Assembly (NCBI GenBank): GCA_003154195.1 | Contig: PMCS01000029.1 | Location: 304,960-368,959 of the forward strand | Source of the DNA: Candidatus Omnitrophota bacterium | GTDB taxonomy: Bacteria; Omnitrophota; Gorgyraeia; Duberdicusellales; 4484-171 | DNA length: 64,000 nt | Reading direction: 5' to 3' | Part shown: positions 54,651 to 63,895 of the stretch, one piece after another | Position numbering within the stretch: position 1 is the stretch's first letter | How the letters are laid out: the number at the start of each line of letters is the position of its first letter | Made by a program: the position numbers and the translations under genes | The notes under the pieces: generated by a model | Seen by the model: only the letters and a program-made list of their open reading frames with translations | What the model was told of the DNA's origin: nothing | The model's database searches: none

Positions 54651-55510
54651 TGAAGATAAGCGTTGTTTTACCGGCTTATAACGAGGCGGAAAATTTAAAG
54701 AATATATTGCCCGGAATTCGTAAGACCATGGGCGATGCGGCAGAAATCATCGTAGTGGACGATGCGTCGAGCGACCAAACGGCGCTCGTTGCCAGGGACT
54801 TTGGCGCGACGGTGATAAAAAATCCCTATAATATGGGTAACGGCGCCGCGGTCAAGCGCGGTATCCGCAGGGCCGGCGGCGACATTATCGTGTTGATGGA
54901 TTCTGACGGCCAGCACCGGCCGCAAGATATACCCCTGCTTTTAAAAGAATTGGACGATTTCGATATGGTTATCGGCGCGAGAACCAATTCCCAACAGGTT
55001 TGGTGGCGTAAATCTGCCAACGCGCTTTATAACTGTTTAGCTTCCTATGTTACGGATGTCAAGATCGACGATTTAACTTCGGGATTCCGGGTATTTAAAA
55101 AAGCGCAGGCGCTGAAATTTCTTTATTTGCTGCCTAATACTTTTTCTTACCCCTCAACGTTAACGCTGGCATTTATTAAGGCTTCTTATCCGGTTAAATT
55201 TGTTCCCGTGAATGTTCTTGCTCGGAGCAGGGGGGAAAGCAAGATAAATCTGATTAAAGACGGTTCGCGTTTCCTTTCGATTATTATGAAAATCAGCGTT
55301 TTTTTCGCGCCGCTGAAAGTATTTTTACCGGTTTCTCTGCTTTTCTTTTTTACCGGCCTCGGCTATTATAGTTATACTTTTTTTCTTTTCCACCGTTTTA
55401 CCAACATGAGCGCTCTGCTTTTTACCGCTTCCATTATCATCTTTATGCTTGGGCTTATTTCCGAACAAGTCGCTTCCTTAAAGATGGAAAAGATAGACGA
55501 AGAATCTTAA
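54650..55510 (+). CDS. GT2 polyprenol-phosphate glycosyltransferase (DPM1-like)
   Basis: ISVVLPAYNE, VVDDASSD, MDSDGQH, DLTSGFR, two C-terminal TMs; GTG start 9 nt after AAGGAGG. Confidence 0.88.
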   Translation: MKISVVLPAYNEAENLKNILPGIRKTMGDAAEIIVVDDASSDQTALVARDFGATVIKNPYNMGNGAAVKRGIRRAGGDIIVLMDSDGQHRPQDIPLLLKELDDFDMVIGARTNSQQVWWRKSANALYNCLASYVTDVKIDDLTSGFRVFKKAQALKFLYLLPNTFSYPSTLTLAFIKASYPVKFVPVNVLARSRGESKINLIKDGSRFLSIIMKISVFFAPLKVFLPVSLLFFFTGLGYYSYTFFLFHRFTNMSALLFTASIIIFMLGLISEQVASLKMEKIDEES

Positions 55511-55522
55511 CCGGAAAAATAC

Positions 55523-55680
55523 CCCTGCTCGCCTCGCTTCGCGAGTCGAAGCGGGCTCGCCCGGTTCGACTCATCTCGCTCGCCTCTCGGCGTCCGCCTC
55601 GGCGAGCTTTCGGCCCTCGGCTTTGTCCACCTCGGCAAGTCTTTGGCGAGACGGGCCGAGAGGCGAGCGAGACGGGAAGC
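55523..55680. repeat. GC-rich nested palindromic REP-like element
   Basis: TCTCGCTCGCCTCTCGGC ... GCCGAGAGGCGAGCGAGA arms; left sub-hairpin gcctcgcttcgcgagtcgaagcgggc recurs near 48206. Confidence 0.65.
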
Positions 55681-55705
55681 TGATGTCGATTCACTTAAAG
55701 AGGAT

Positions 55706-57205
55706 ATGGAGCAAAAAAAATATAAATTGCCCCTGGTGTTTTTATCGTTGATCTTCTGGGTTTTTATTTTTATCAATATCTCCGGGGATTTTGTTAACTT
55801 CGGCGGCGACAGCAGCCAATACATAATCCTGGCGGAAAGCCTTGCGAGAGGTACGGGGTATCACGCGATCAATCAGCCCGGTTCGCCGTCATTTTTCTAT
55901 TATCCGCCTGTTTTTCCTTTGATTATTTCCCCGATTATTTATTTTTTTGGAAGAAACTTCTATTTAATGTATTTATTGATTGCTGTTTTCGGTTATTTAA
56001 GCTTGATTTTTCTTTACTATTTTTTTAAAACGCAGGCAGGAAGGGATATCGCATTTTTTTCCACGGCCTATTTAGCGTTGAACAACATCTTTATTTTTTA
56101 TTCTTCCGGGGTGATTTTATCGGAAATACCGTATTTATTTTTTTCGTCTTTTGCCCTTTACGCCGCTCATAAATATTTTTACGCGCCGGTATGCTTCGGC
56201 AAAGAAGCGATTTTACTTATCCTGGGTTTAATTGCCGCCTATCTCACGCGTTATATCGGGATAGTTTTATTTCCGGCCACGGTTATTTTTTTGTTCTTCT
56301 CCTGGGATAAGCGAAAGGCAGTTTTTGTCGCTTCTTCTTTTATCGCTTTTTTTATTCTTTGGCAAACTGTTATTAAAGCCGGAGGCGCATCTTCGAGCCT
56401 CCACTATCAACAATTGCTTTTAATCGATCCCTACCGGCCGTTTTTGGGAAATATCTTAACCAACCCGGGTTTTCTTCTTCTCCGTTTTATTGAAGGGATT
56501 AACTATTACGCCTATCTCACCGGAAGCATTTTCCTGCCGGTTTTTTTAAAAGGTTTTTGGGCGCGCAGTTTCTATCCGCCGGCGGTGTTTATTGTGATTA
56601 TTTATGGTGTATGCTGCGATTTTTTCGGGAACCGCAGCCGCTTGCTTCCTTCCTATTTTATTTTTTATTTTCTCCTTACCGTTTTATGGCCGTTTAAGGA
56701 AGGCGTAAGATTTTTAGTGCCTATTTTACCGTTTTTTGTTTACTATATTTTTATTGCGCTTAAATCTTTGACGTCATTTTTAAAAAGCCAGATGATCGCC
56801 CGGTATATTTTTTACGTGCCGGCAATTTTTATTATTTTTTTTTCCAATACCCCGGCTTTCCCCATTAAGCAATACGCTTACCAGGATTTATCTAAGGAGC
56901 TTAAGAATTTTATCGCGCTGCACCTATGGATCAAAAACAATATTCCCGCAAACAGTATTATTGCCGGCCGCAAGCCTACCCTTACTTATTTTTATACCGG
57001 ACGGCAGGCTTTGGACTATCCTTTTACTCTCAACGATGAAGAAATGAAGCAATTCTTCGTCGACAACCATGTTGATTATGTGATCATCGACGAATTTTCT
57101 CAGGAAACCCGCAGCTATCTTCTGCCGTTTTTAAAAAAGTATAACCGTAGTTTCAAGCTAACGTATCGTGTAGGAAATACATTGTTGTTGGAAAAGATAA
57201 AATGA
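55706..57205 (+). CDS. ArnT/PMT-like GT-C glycosyltransferase
   Basis: GGDSSQYIILAESLA, YPPVFP, ILSEIPY, RFLVPILP. Confidence 0.75.
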   Translation: MEQKKYKLPLVFLSLIFWVFIFINISGDFVNFGGDSSQYIILAESLARGTGYHAINQPGSPSFFYYPPVFPLIISPIIYFFGRNFYLMYLLIAVFGYLSLIFLYYFFKTQAGRDIAFFSTAYLALNNIFIFYSSGVILSEIPYLFFSSFALYAAHKYFYAPVCFGKEAILLILGLIAAYLTRYIGIVLFPATVIFLFFSWDKRKAVFVASSFIAFFILWQTVIKAGGASSSLHYQQLLLIDPYRPFLGNILTNPGFLLLRFIEGINYYAYLTGSIFLPVFLKGFWARSFYPPAVFIVIIYGVCCDFFGNRSRLLPSYFIFYFLLTVLWPFKEGVRFLVPILPFFVYYIFIALKSLTSFLKSQMIARYIFYVPAIFIIFFSNTPAFPIKQYAYQDLSKELKNFIALHLWIKNNIPANSIIAGRKPTLTYFYTGRQALDYPFTLNDEEMKQFFVDNHVDYVIIDEFSQETRSYLLPFLKKYNRSFKLTYRVGNTLLLEKIK

Positions 57206-57220
57206 TGTTATGGTGAATTT

Positions 57221-59374
57221 ATGGCACAGCCGGTTTTTCTTTCGATAATAATCCCTGCTTTTGATGAGGAATGTCGTATTGCCGATTCCCTCAAGGCTCT
57301 TTTTGATTATCTGGGGCGCCGGCCGTTTACCTATGAGGTCATCGTCGTGGATGACGGGTCAAGGGATAATACCGTCAGTCTGGTTAATAATTTCGATAAA
57401 GATTATCATCTAGTTTTGCGTCTGATTGAAAACCATGCCAATCGCGGCAAAGGCTATTCAGTCCGGCAGGGGGTATTAATGAGCGCCGGCGAGTTCGTTA
57501 TCTTTACCGATGCCGATCTCTGCTGCCCGGTGGAAGAGATAGATAAATTAGTCGGTTTACTCCAGGAAGGCAACGATATCGTTATCGGCTCGCGGGCGGT
57601 CAAAGGCGCGAATTTAGTCATCCGGCAGCCATGGTGGCGAGAGGCCATGGGAAGGTGCTTTAACCTTTTAGTGCAAGCGTTTGTTCTTCCGGGAATTTGG
57701 GATACGCAATGCGGTTTTAAAGGGTTCCGGGGGAGCGTGGCCAGGGAGATTTTTTCTAAAGCGTTGATCGATCGTTTTGGTTTCGATGTGGAGATTCTTC
57801 TGTTCGCCCGGCAAAAGGGGTATAAGATTATTGAGGTCGGCGTGGCTTGGCGACACTCCTCTCCTTCCAAGGTCGCCGCTTTGCGCGATTCGCTGCGCAT
57901 GCTTATAGAGTTAGCGCGGATAAAAATGAAATTTAAAAAAGAAAATTTAAATACAAAGAATTTTTCCGGCATAATCTATAAATTATATATTTTTATCATT
58001 GCTTACATTTTACTGGCGGCGTTACCGTTGTTTTTGTACTTAAGCTATCGGCATTCGTTGGGAGCTTATCGGATGATGTGGCTTAATCTGTGGGGAGCAC
58101 ATTATAATTTTTTTCTGGAAACGCCTAAACCGCTGATGGCTTTTTTCGCCGGAGTTATCGGGCCGTCATATTTGTATTTATTCGCCTGTTTGTTTGGAGC
58201 GTTGCTTGTAGTATGCTGGGCGGAGATTTCTTTAGGCATTACGGGAAGTATATGGCACGGTGTGGTTGCTTCTTTCCTGTACTTTTTTACCAGCAAAGAA
58301 GTTTTGATTAATTTCCTTCTGCCGGTTTCCTGGGGTATATTCTATATACCTTTGATATGGTGGTCGGTAACCTTGTTGATACTCCGGCGTTACCGGCCGG
58401 CGGCGGCCATAATGTTTTTATCCGGTTTGTTGAGGCCGGAAAGCTGGCTTTTCGGCATTTTAATGCTCGTCTGGTTCCGGCTGCGCCGCATACCTTTACG
58501 GCCGGTATATTGGCTCGCGGCTTTTGCCCCTTTTATCTGGATGTTGTTTGACTGGCGCATCACCGGTAACCTTTTCGCTTCAGCGTTGATCACGAAACAA
58601 TATGGTGCTTTAACCGGTTTTCCGATTACCACCTTCACGTCGTTTTGGCCGATGCTTATAATGATTACGCCGTATTTATATAACCCGCCGATTTTATTAT
58701 GCGGTTCAATCGGTTTGGGCACCTATGTTTTTCAGAGTATCCGACGCAAGCATCTTTCTGATTACGATATTATTTTTATTTTATCCGCCGCTACCTTAAT
58801 CGGGTATTGGTTGGTAACTATCGGACAGAATATTGTGATATTTCCCAGATTTTTGGTTTTTCCCTACAGTGCGATTTATTTGTTCGCCGGTTTGATGCCG
58901 GCTTTTTTATCGCGGCGGTATATTTTAGGATATTTATTGCTTGCCTTATTATTTATCGCCGCCCGGCCCGAGAAGCTTTTAATCAACGCTGCTCGTAAAT
59001 ACGGCAACGCGCAATCGTCGGCTGATGCCATGCGCGAGGCCGGTGATTTTCTTGAGGGGTATTTTAAACGCCGCCCTTCGCGCGGTAAAATTTTATGCGA
59101 AGCCGGCGCGGATTATTTATCGCTGCGTTTCGGCGAAGATTTTTCCCGCCGGATTATTTTTTTTCGTGAAATCGGCAGCGCGGCGGAATTTGATAAAACG
59201 CAAGTTGGCCTTGCCATATATCAATATTGGAGCGAAATGCCGGTCCACGGCAAATTTTTATTCCTCGGCGGCGGCCGGCGCGTTGTTTTAAATAACCGGT
59301 ATATTTTTACGCCGGTTTTTATCAGCCGGAACCGCTTGGCGATCGTGTATGAAATAAACCGCAAAAGTTTTTAG
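57221..59374 (+). CDS. GT2 (dolichyl-phosphate glucosyltransferase-like) fused to a GT-C-like membrane domain
   Basis: SIIIPAFDE, VVDDGSRD, FTDADL, DTQCGFK, FGFDVE, then a polytopic domain with TPKPL and LLRPESW. Confidence 0.82.
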   Translation: MAQPVFLSIIIPAFDEECRIADSLKALFDYLGRRPFTYEVIVVDDGSRDNTVSLVNNFDKDYHLVLRLIENHANRGKGYSVRQGVLMSAGEFVIFTDADLCCPVEEIDKLVGLLQEGNDIVIGSRAVKGANLVIRQPWWREAMGRCFNLLVQAFVLPGIWDTQCGFKGFRGSVAREIFSKALIDRFGFDVEILLFARQKGYKIIEVGVAWRHSSPSKVAALRDSLRMLIELARIKMKFKKENLNTKNFSGIIYKLYIFIIAYILLAALPLFLYLSYRHSLGAYRMMWLNLWGAHYNFFLETPKPLMAFFAGVIGPSYLYLFACLFGALLVVCWAEISLGITGSIWHGVVASFLYFFTSKEVLINFLLPVSWGIFYIPLIWWSVTLLILRRYRPAAAIMFLSGLLRPESWLFGILMLVWFRLRRIPLRPVYWLAAFAPFIWMLFDWRITGNLFASALITKQYGALTGFPITTFTSFWPMLIMITPYLYNPPILLCGSIGLGTYVFQSIRRKHLSDYDIIFILSAATLIGYWLVTIGQNIVIFPRFLVFPYSAIYLFAGLMPAFLSRRYILGYLLLALLFIAARPEKLLINAARKYGNAQSSADAMREAGDFLEGYFKRRPSRGKILCEAGADYLSLRFGEDFSRRIIFFREIGSAAEFDKTQVGLAIYQYWSEMPVHGKFLFLGGGRRVVLNNRYIFTPVFISRNRLAIVYEINRKSF

Positions 59375-59500
59375 TTACTTTTTATTTGAACCGCGGAAAT
59401 CCGCCGAATTTATCCGGTGCGCCTGCCCGCGGCAGGTAGGCAGCTGGAATTTTTAAAAAAATTAAAGAAATAGCGGCATTTTTTGGGTTAATTGATTGTT

Positions 59501-61096
59501 ATGGCTATATTAGAAAATTTAACTAAACCGGTTTCCCGCAAAACGCAAGGGGCGATCATACTTGGCCTGATCCTTATGCTGTCGTTTCTCGCCAGGCTTC
59601 CTTTTTTAAATGTCCCCTTAGACGGCGACAGCGGAGTTTTTACGGCAATCGGCCGGCTGATTGCCCGGCATGGCCTTCTGCTTTACCGCGATCTTTTCGA
59701 AATTAAACCTCCGGGAATATATTTTTTGTTTGCCGCCTTATTCAAGGTCATTGATTTAGACCTGTTTGGTGTTAACGTGTTCACCGCTTGCTGGAACACG
59801 GCGAATGTATTTTTGGTCTACCTTCTGGCGAAGCGCTTATTTAATAAAAAAACTGCTTTAATCGCGGCATTTTTTTACGGTTTGTTTTCCTCGAGCCCTG
59901 TAATCTCTGGCACTTTTCCTCTCACCGAAAATTTTATGATAACCTTTACAGTGATGGGAGCTTTTTTTGTAATTAAATCAATACAAGAAAACCGCAATTT
60001 TTATTTTCTCGCCGGATTATTTTACGGTGTTGGTTTTCTTTTTAAGCAGATTGCCGCCATGGAGATGTTTGCCGCCGTCATTTTGCTATTTCTGGCATCA
60101 TTCAGGCCGGGGGGGAAAGTAGAAATAAAATATTTTTTACGCGGTTTATTATTTTACTCTGGCGGTCTTATCCTCATCTTCGGCATAAGCGCTTTATATT
60201 TTTTTATAAAAGGCGCCTACAATGATTTTATCTTCTGCGCGCTTATTTATAATTTTAAGTATATAAGCGTAGGCTATCGCAGCCTTAGCAGCTATTGGCT
60301 TCATTTCTTTAATGCTAATTTTGCTATTTTTCGCGCTACGGCGCTATTATGGATAACAAGCGCGATATTTATGGCAGAGACATTTAAGGATATTTTTACG
60401 AAACGCCCGGCCGCCGGAGAAAAACAGGCGGTTCTAAACCGTATTTTTTTGTTAGTTTGGATTATTTTTGCGTTTATAGGCGTTTGTTTAAGCGGCCAAT
60501 TTATCGTCCACTACTATATTGTTTTAATGCCCCCTTTTAGCATAGCTTGCGCCGCGGCTTTAACCCGGCCGTGGGCCGCGCGGCGTAATAGTTTTTATAA
60601 TGCCGTGATGTATATTTTAACGGCCGTATGCGTTATCTACGCGATAGCCGTCCATTATCGGTATTATTTTACCTATAAACCTGAGGAGATTGCGATTAAT
60701 GTTTTTGGGGATTCGCCTTTTAATGAGGCGCGTCAGGTGGGATTATATTTACGCCGGCACACTACCCCCGGCGATTATATTTATAATTGGTCGAAAGAGC
60801 CGGAGATATTCTTTTATACCCGGGCTAAGCCGACAAGCCGTTATCTTTGGTTGTCCCACTACACTGTTTATTATCGCCCCGGCGCGGTAGACGAAGTGGC
60901 TCATGCCTTGGCCGAGCACCCGCCAAAATATATCGTCATCGATACGCATATTGGCCACTGGATACATGAGCCGATATTTAAACCGATCAAAGATTTTTTT
61001 GACCGGAATAAATATATTCCGGAAAAGGATTTTTCCGTAGTGCGAAACGGCAAATTCCAATATAATTTTTTAGTTTCCCGGCGTATAGAAAGGTAA
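59501..61096 (+). CDS. ArnT/PMT-like GT-C glycosyltransferase
   Basis: LDGDSGVF, LYRDLFEIKPPG, FKQ, HYY motifs. Confidence 0.75.
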   Translation: MAILENLTKPVSRKTQGAIILGLILMLSFLARLPFLNVPLDGDSGVFTAIGRLIARHGLLLYRDLFEIKPPGIYFLFAALFKVIDLDLFGVNVFTACWNTANVFLVYLLAKRLFNKKTALIAAFFYGLFSSSPVISGTFPLTENFMITFTVMGAFFVIKSIQENRNFYFLAGLFYGVGFLFKQIAAMEMFAAVILLFLASFRPGGKVEIKYFLRGLLFYSGGLILIFGISALYFFIKGAYNDFIFCALIYNFKYISVGYRSLSSYWLHFFNANFAIFRATALLWITSAIFMAETFKDIFTKRPAAGEKQAVLNRIFLLVWIIFAFIGVCLSGQFIVHYYIVLMPPFSIACAAALTRPWAARRNSFYNAVMYILTAVCVIYAIAVHYRYYFTYKPEEIAINVFGDSPFNEARQVGLYLRRHTTPGDYIYNWSKEPEIFFYTRAKPTSRYLWLSHYTVYYRPGAVDEVAHALAEHPPKYIVIDTHIGHWIHEPIFKPIKDFFDRNKYIPEKDFSVVRNGKFQYNFLVSRRIER

Positions 61097-61260
61097 ATAA
61101 CCTGGATAACTGCCTATACGCCGGGGAAGTCTAAGGTAGAGCCGGGATGGCCGCTTTCAGCGGCTGACTTGCCCGTTTATAAGGAACTTAGCTTTGGCAT
61201 CCATGGTTTTACCGTAAGGAGGGTTTAATCTTTGTCAATTTGCCGCAGGCAAATTAGCGG

Positions 61261-61298
61261 ATAAATTCACCTCGCGGTAAACTGCGAGGTGAATTTAT
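61261..61298. repeat. 15-bp-arm hairpin covering the SD and abutting the GT4 ATG
   Basis: ATAAATTCACCTCGC-ggtaaact-GCGAGGTGAATTTAT followed immediately by ATG. Confidence 0.8.
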
Positions 61299-62417
61299 AT
61301 GAAAGTGCTTTTTATCAGCCGCAGTTTTCCTCCCTTAAGGGGGGGGATGGAAAAAGTAGCCCATAATCTTTATACCGATTTTTCGGCTAAGGCAAGCGTT
61401 ACGCTTATAAAATGGAGTGGTTCAAAGAAATGGCTTGTGTTCGTTTTGCCGGTTTTTTTTATGAAAAGCGCATGGTATCTTTTGTGTAAAAAAATCGACG
61501 TAATCTATTTATGCGACGGTTTTCTTTCTCTCTTGATACCGTTTTTAAGAATTTTTAAAAAACCGATTATAGTTACCGTTCACGGTTTGGATATAACCTA
61601 CAAAAATAAATCTTATCAGGCGATTATCCCCAAAAAAATAGCCTTAGCGGACAGGGTAGTTTGCGTAAGCCGCGCGACTGCCGGCGAGTGTTTAAAAAGG
61701 AATATCCCGGAGGAAAAGATTTGTATCGTGCCTAACGGTATAAAAGATGAGTTTTATCTGGCCGGGGGTAGGGGAAATTTAAAAGCCGCGCTTGAACGCA
61801 AATTAAAAATAAATATCGGTAACAAAAAAGTGCTGCTCTCCGTGGGGAGGCTTATCGAGCGTAAAGGGATCCATTGGTTTATTAAAGAAATCGTGCCTAA
61901 GATTAAAGCGGATTGCGCCGATTTCGTTTATTTGGTCGCCGGATGCGGCAAAATGGCCGAAGATATCCGGGCGATTATTAAAAATAATGCTTTAGAGAAT
62001 TGGGTGGTTATGGTTGGAGAAGTAAGCGACGAGGAGCTGAAAATTTTATACAACGCGGCTGATATCTTTGTGATGCCTAATATTCCCGTCGCGGGCGATT
62101 TTGAAGGGTTTGGCATTGTGATTCTGGAAGCAGCGAGCTGTGGCCTGGCGGTGGTAGCTTCTGACATGGAAGGCATCAGGGACGCGCTTGGGGATGGAGA
62201 CTGGGGGGTTTTAATTGAGCCGCTTAACGCCGCTAAATTTAGCGGGGAGATTTTGAATTTAATGAGAGATGATGATAGAAGAGCCAACTTGGCTACGCGC
62301 GCCCGGGCCGGCGTAATTGATGTTTTTAATTGGCCGGGCGTCGCGCAAAAATATTTGGATATTTTTAATGAGACTTCGTCGATAATGAAACTTGCCCGGT
62401 ACTCCGGGCCTAGTTGA
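61299..62417 (+). CDS. GT4 family glycosyltransferase
   Basis: FPPLRGGME, HGLD, VGRLIERKG, EGFGIVILEA; C-terminus supplied by a repeat at 62365. Confidence 0.9.
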   Translation: MKVLFISRSFPPLRGGMEKVAHNLYTDFSAKASVTLIKWSGSKKWLVFVLPVFFMKSAWYLLCKKIDVIYLCDGFLSLLIPFLRIFKKPIIVTVHGLDITYKNKSYQAIIPKKIALADRVVCVSRATAGECLKRNIPEEKICIVPNGIKDEFYLAGGRGNLKAALERKLKINIGNKKVLLSVGRLIERKGIHWFIKEIVPKIKADCADFVYLVAGCGKMAEDIRAIIKNNALENWVVMVGEVSDEELKILYNAADIFVMPNIPVAGDFEGFGIVILEAASCGLAVVASDMEGIRDALGDGDWGVLIEPLNAAKFSGEILNLMRDDDRRANLATRARAGVIDVFNWPGVAQKYLDIFNETSSIMKLARYSGPS

Positions 62418-62452
62418 ATTATCCCGGAGGGGATAGCCGGATTAATAAACCG

Positions 62453-63895
62453 ATGACAAAAAATAAATTTTTCCCAACGGGCATAATCTTCGCAGGGTCA
62501 TTTCTTTTCTTCTTTTTCTTGCCCCATATTTTTTATTTGCGCTTTAAGCCGTCGTGGGAACCGTTTATCATGATGTGGCTTAATGTTTGGGGGGCGCACT
62601 ATAACTTTTTGATTGAAACCCCTAAGCCTTTGATGGCGTTTTTAAGCGCAATCTTGCCGCAAAAGTTTTTATATCTTTTTCTGCCTTTGTTCTGCGCTTT
62701 ATGGTGCACGGTGTTAGTTGAGTTGTCAAAAGAGATAACCGGCAAGCGTATCTTCGGGTTATTTGCTGTATTTTTTTGTTTTTTTTGTAACGCGGAGATA
62801 ATCGCCGCCGTTTTTTCCGGAGAGTGGACGGTTATTTATCCGCCTCTCGTGTTTTTCGCTCTTTTATTTTTTATGAGGCAGAAGTATTTTTTGTCTTCGC
62901 TGATTATGCTTTTTGCCGGTTTACTCCGGCCGGAAAGTTGGTTGTACAGCGCATTTTTTCTAATCTGGATGAAATCGCAGAAGAAACACCTGAAGCCGTT
63001 ATATTTTATATCCTTGCTCGCGCCTTTTTTATGGGCGTTGTTTGATTGGCGGCTTTCCGGAGATTGGTTTTATTCTTATCACGCGACGGCAAGGCATGCC
63101 GCGGTCAGCGGTTTTCCCGTGACGACCTTTTTTAATTTTTGGCCGGCCGTCGCCAGGAATACATTTTTACTCTATAATCGGGTAATCTTAAGTTGTGGGA
63201 TAATCTTTGTTTTGATGGATTTATTGAGAAGCTATAAAAAGCAAGGAGAAAAGCATGGTAATTTAATGATGGTTATGGTGATTTTGCCTTTTTTGTTTTA
63301 CTGGGCGCTATCGTTAAAAGGTTCAATCGTCGTTTATCCCCGTTTTTTTGCTTTTTCCTATGCCGTAATATATTTTTGCGCGGTATTGCTTCCCTGGTTG
63401 ATTTTTAAGGAACGTAAAATTTTGACCATATTTTTTCTGGTATTGCTGGCGTTGGTTTCTTTTTCCCGGGATAATCTGGGTTTTGCTGTTACCAAAAGAA
63501 TTTATGATGATAAAATAGATAAAACCTCGCGAGAGTTGGGTGATTTTCTGCAAGGCTATCTGGCTAACCATAAAGTAACCGGTAGGGTATTGGCGGGGAA
63601 TAACGCGTGGTATTTTTCTTTGCGGCTGGGCGAAGAATTTTCTCAAAAAATCATCATGTTTCGCGAGGCCGGGACATATCCGGAGTTGTTAAAAGAAATC
63701 CCGCCGGGTTTGGCCGTATATCAGAAATGGGGTGAGGCGGGAGCCGGCGAAAAGTTTGATTTCTTGCGGCGGCCGCGAAAGTTTGTCGTTAAAAATAAAT
63801 ATATTTTTAACCCCCTATTCGTGACCGGCGACAAATGCGGCATAGTTTATGAAGTTTTTCTAAAGGCAGCGGATAATAAACTTGCTTCTCAATGA
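62453..63895 (+). CDS. GT-C-like membrane protein, paralog of the C-terminal domain of 57221-59374
   Basis: MMWLNVWGAHYNFLIETPKPLMAF, LLRPESW, FSLRLGEEFS shared with the paralog. Confidence 0.75.
   Translation: MTKNKFFPTGIIFAGSFLFFFFLPHIFYLRFKPSWEPFIMMWLNVWGAHYNFLIETPKPLMAFLSAILPQKFLYLFLPLFCALWCTVLVELSKEITGKRIFGLFAVFFCFFCNAEIIAAVFSGEWTVIYPPLVFFALLFFMRQKYFLSSLIMLFAGLLRPESWLYSAFFLIWMKSQKKHLKPLYFISLLAPFLWALFDWRLSGDWFYSYHATARHAAVSGFPVTTFFNFWPAVARNTFLLYNRVILSCGIIFVLMDLLRSYKKQGEKHGNLMMVMVILPFLFYWALSLKGSIVVYPRFFAFSYAVIYFCAVLLPWLIFKERKILTIFFLVLLALVSFSRDNLGFAVTKRIYDDKIDKTSRELGDFLQGYLANHKVTGRVLAGNNAWYFSLRLGEEFSQKIIMFREAGTYPELLKEIPPGLAVYQKWGEAGAGEKFDFLRRPRKFVVKNKYIFNPLFVTGDKCGIVYEVFLKAADNKLASQ

Noticed and set aside
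55455-55824. Minus-strand ORFs and the Arg-rich N-terminal extension (55643-55705)
   Set aside because: Read-through of a GC-rich palindromic repeat; the likely start is ATG 55706 with SD GAGG
34817-63895. Phase variation through poly-T/poly-A tracts
   Set aside because: Runs are short, expected in AT-rich Phe/Lys-rich genes, and the frames are intact
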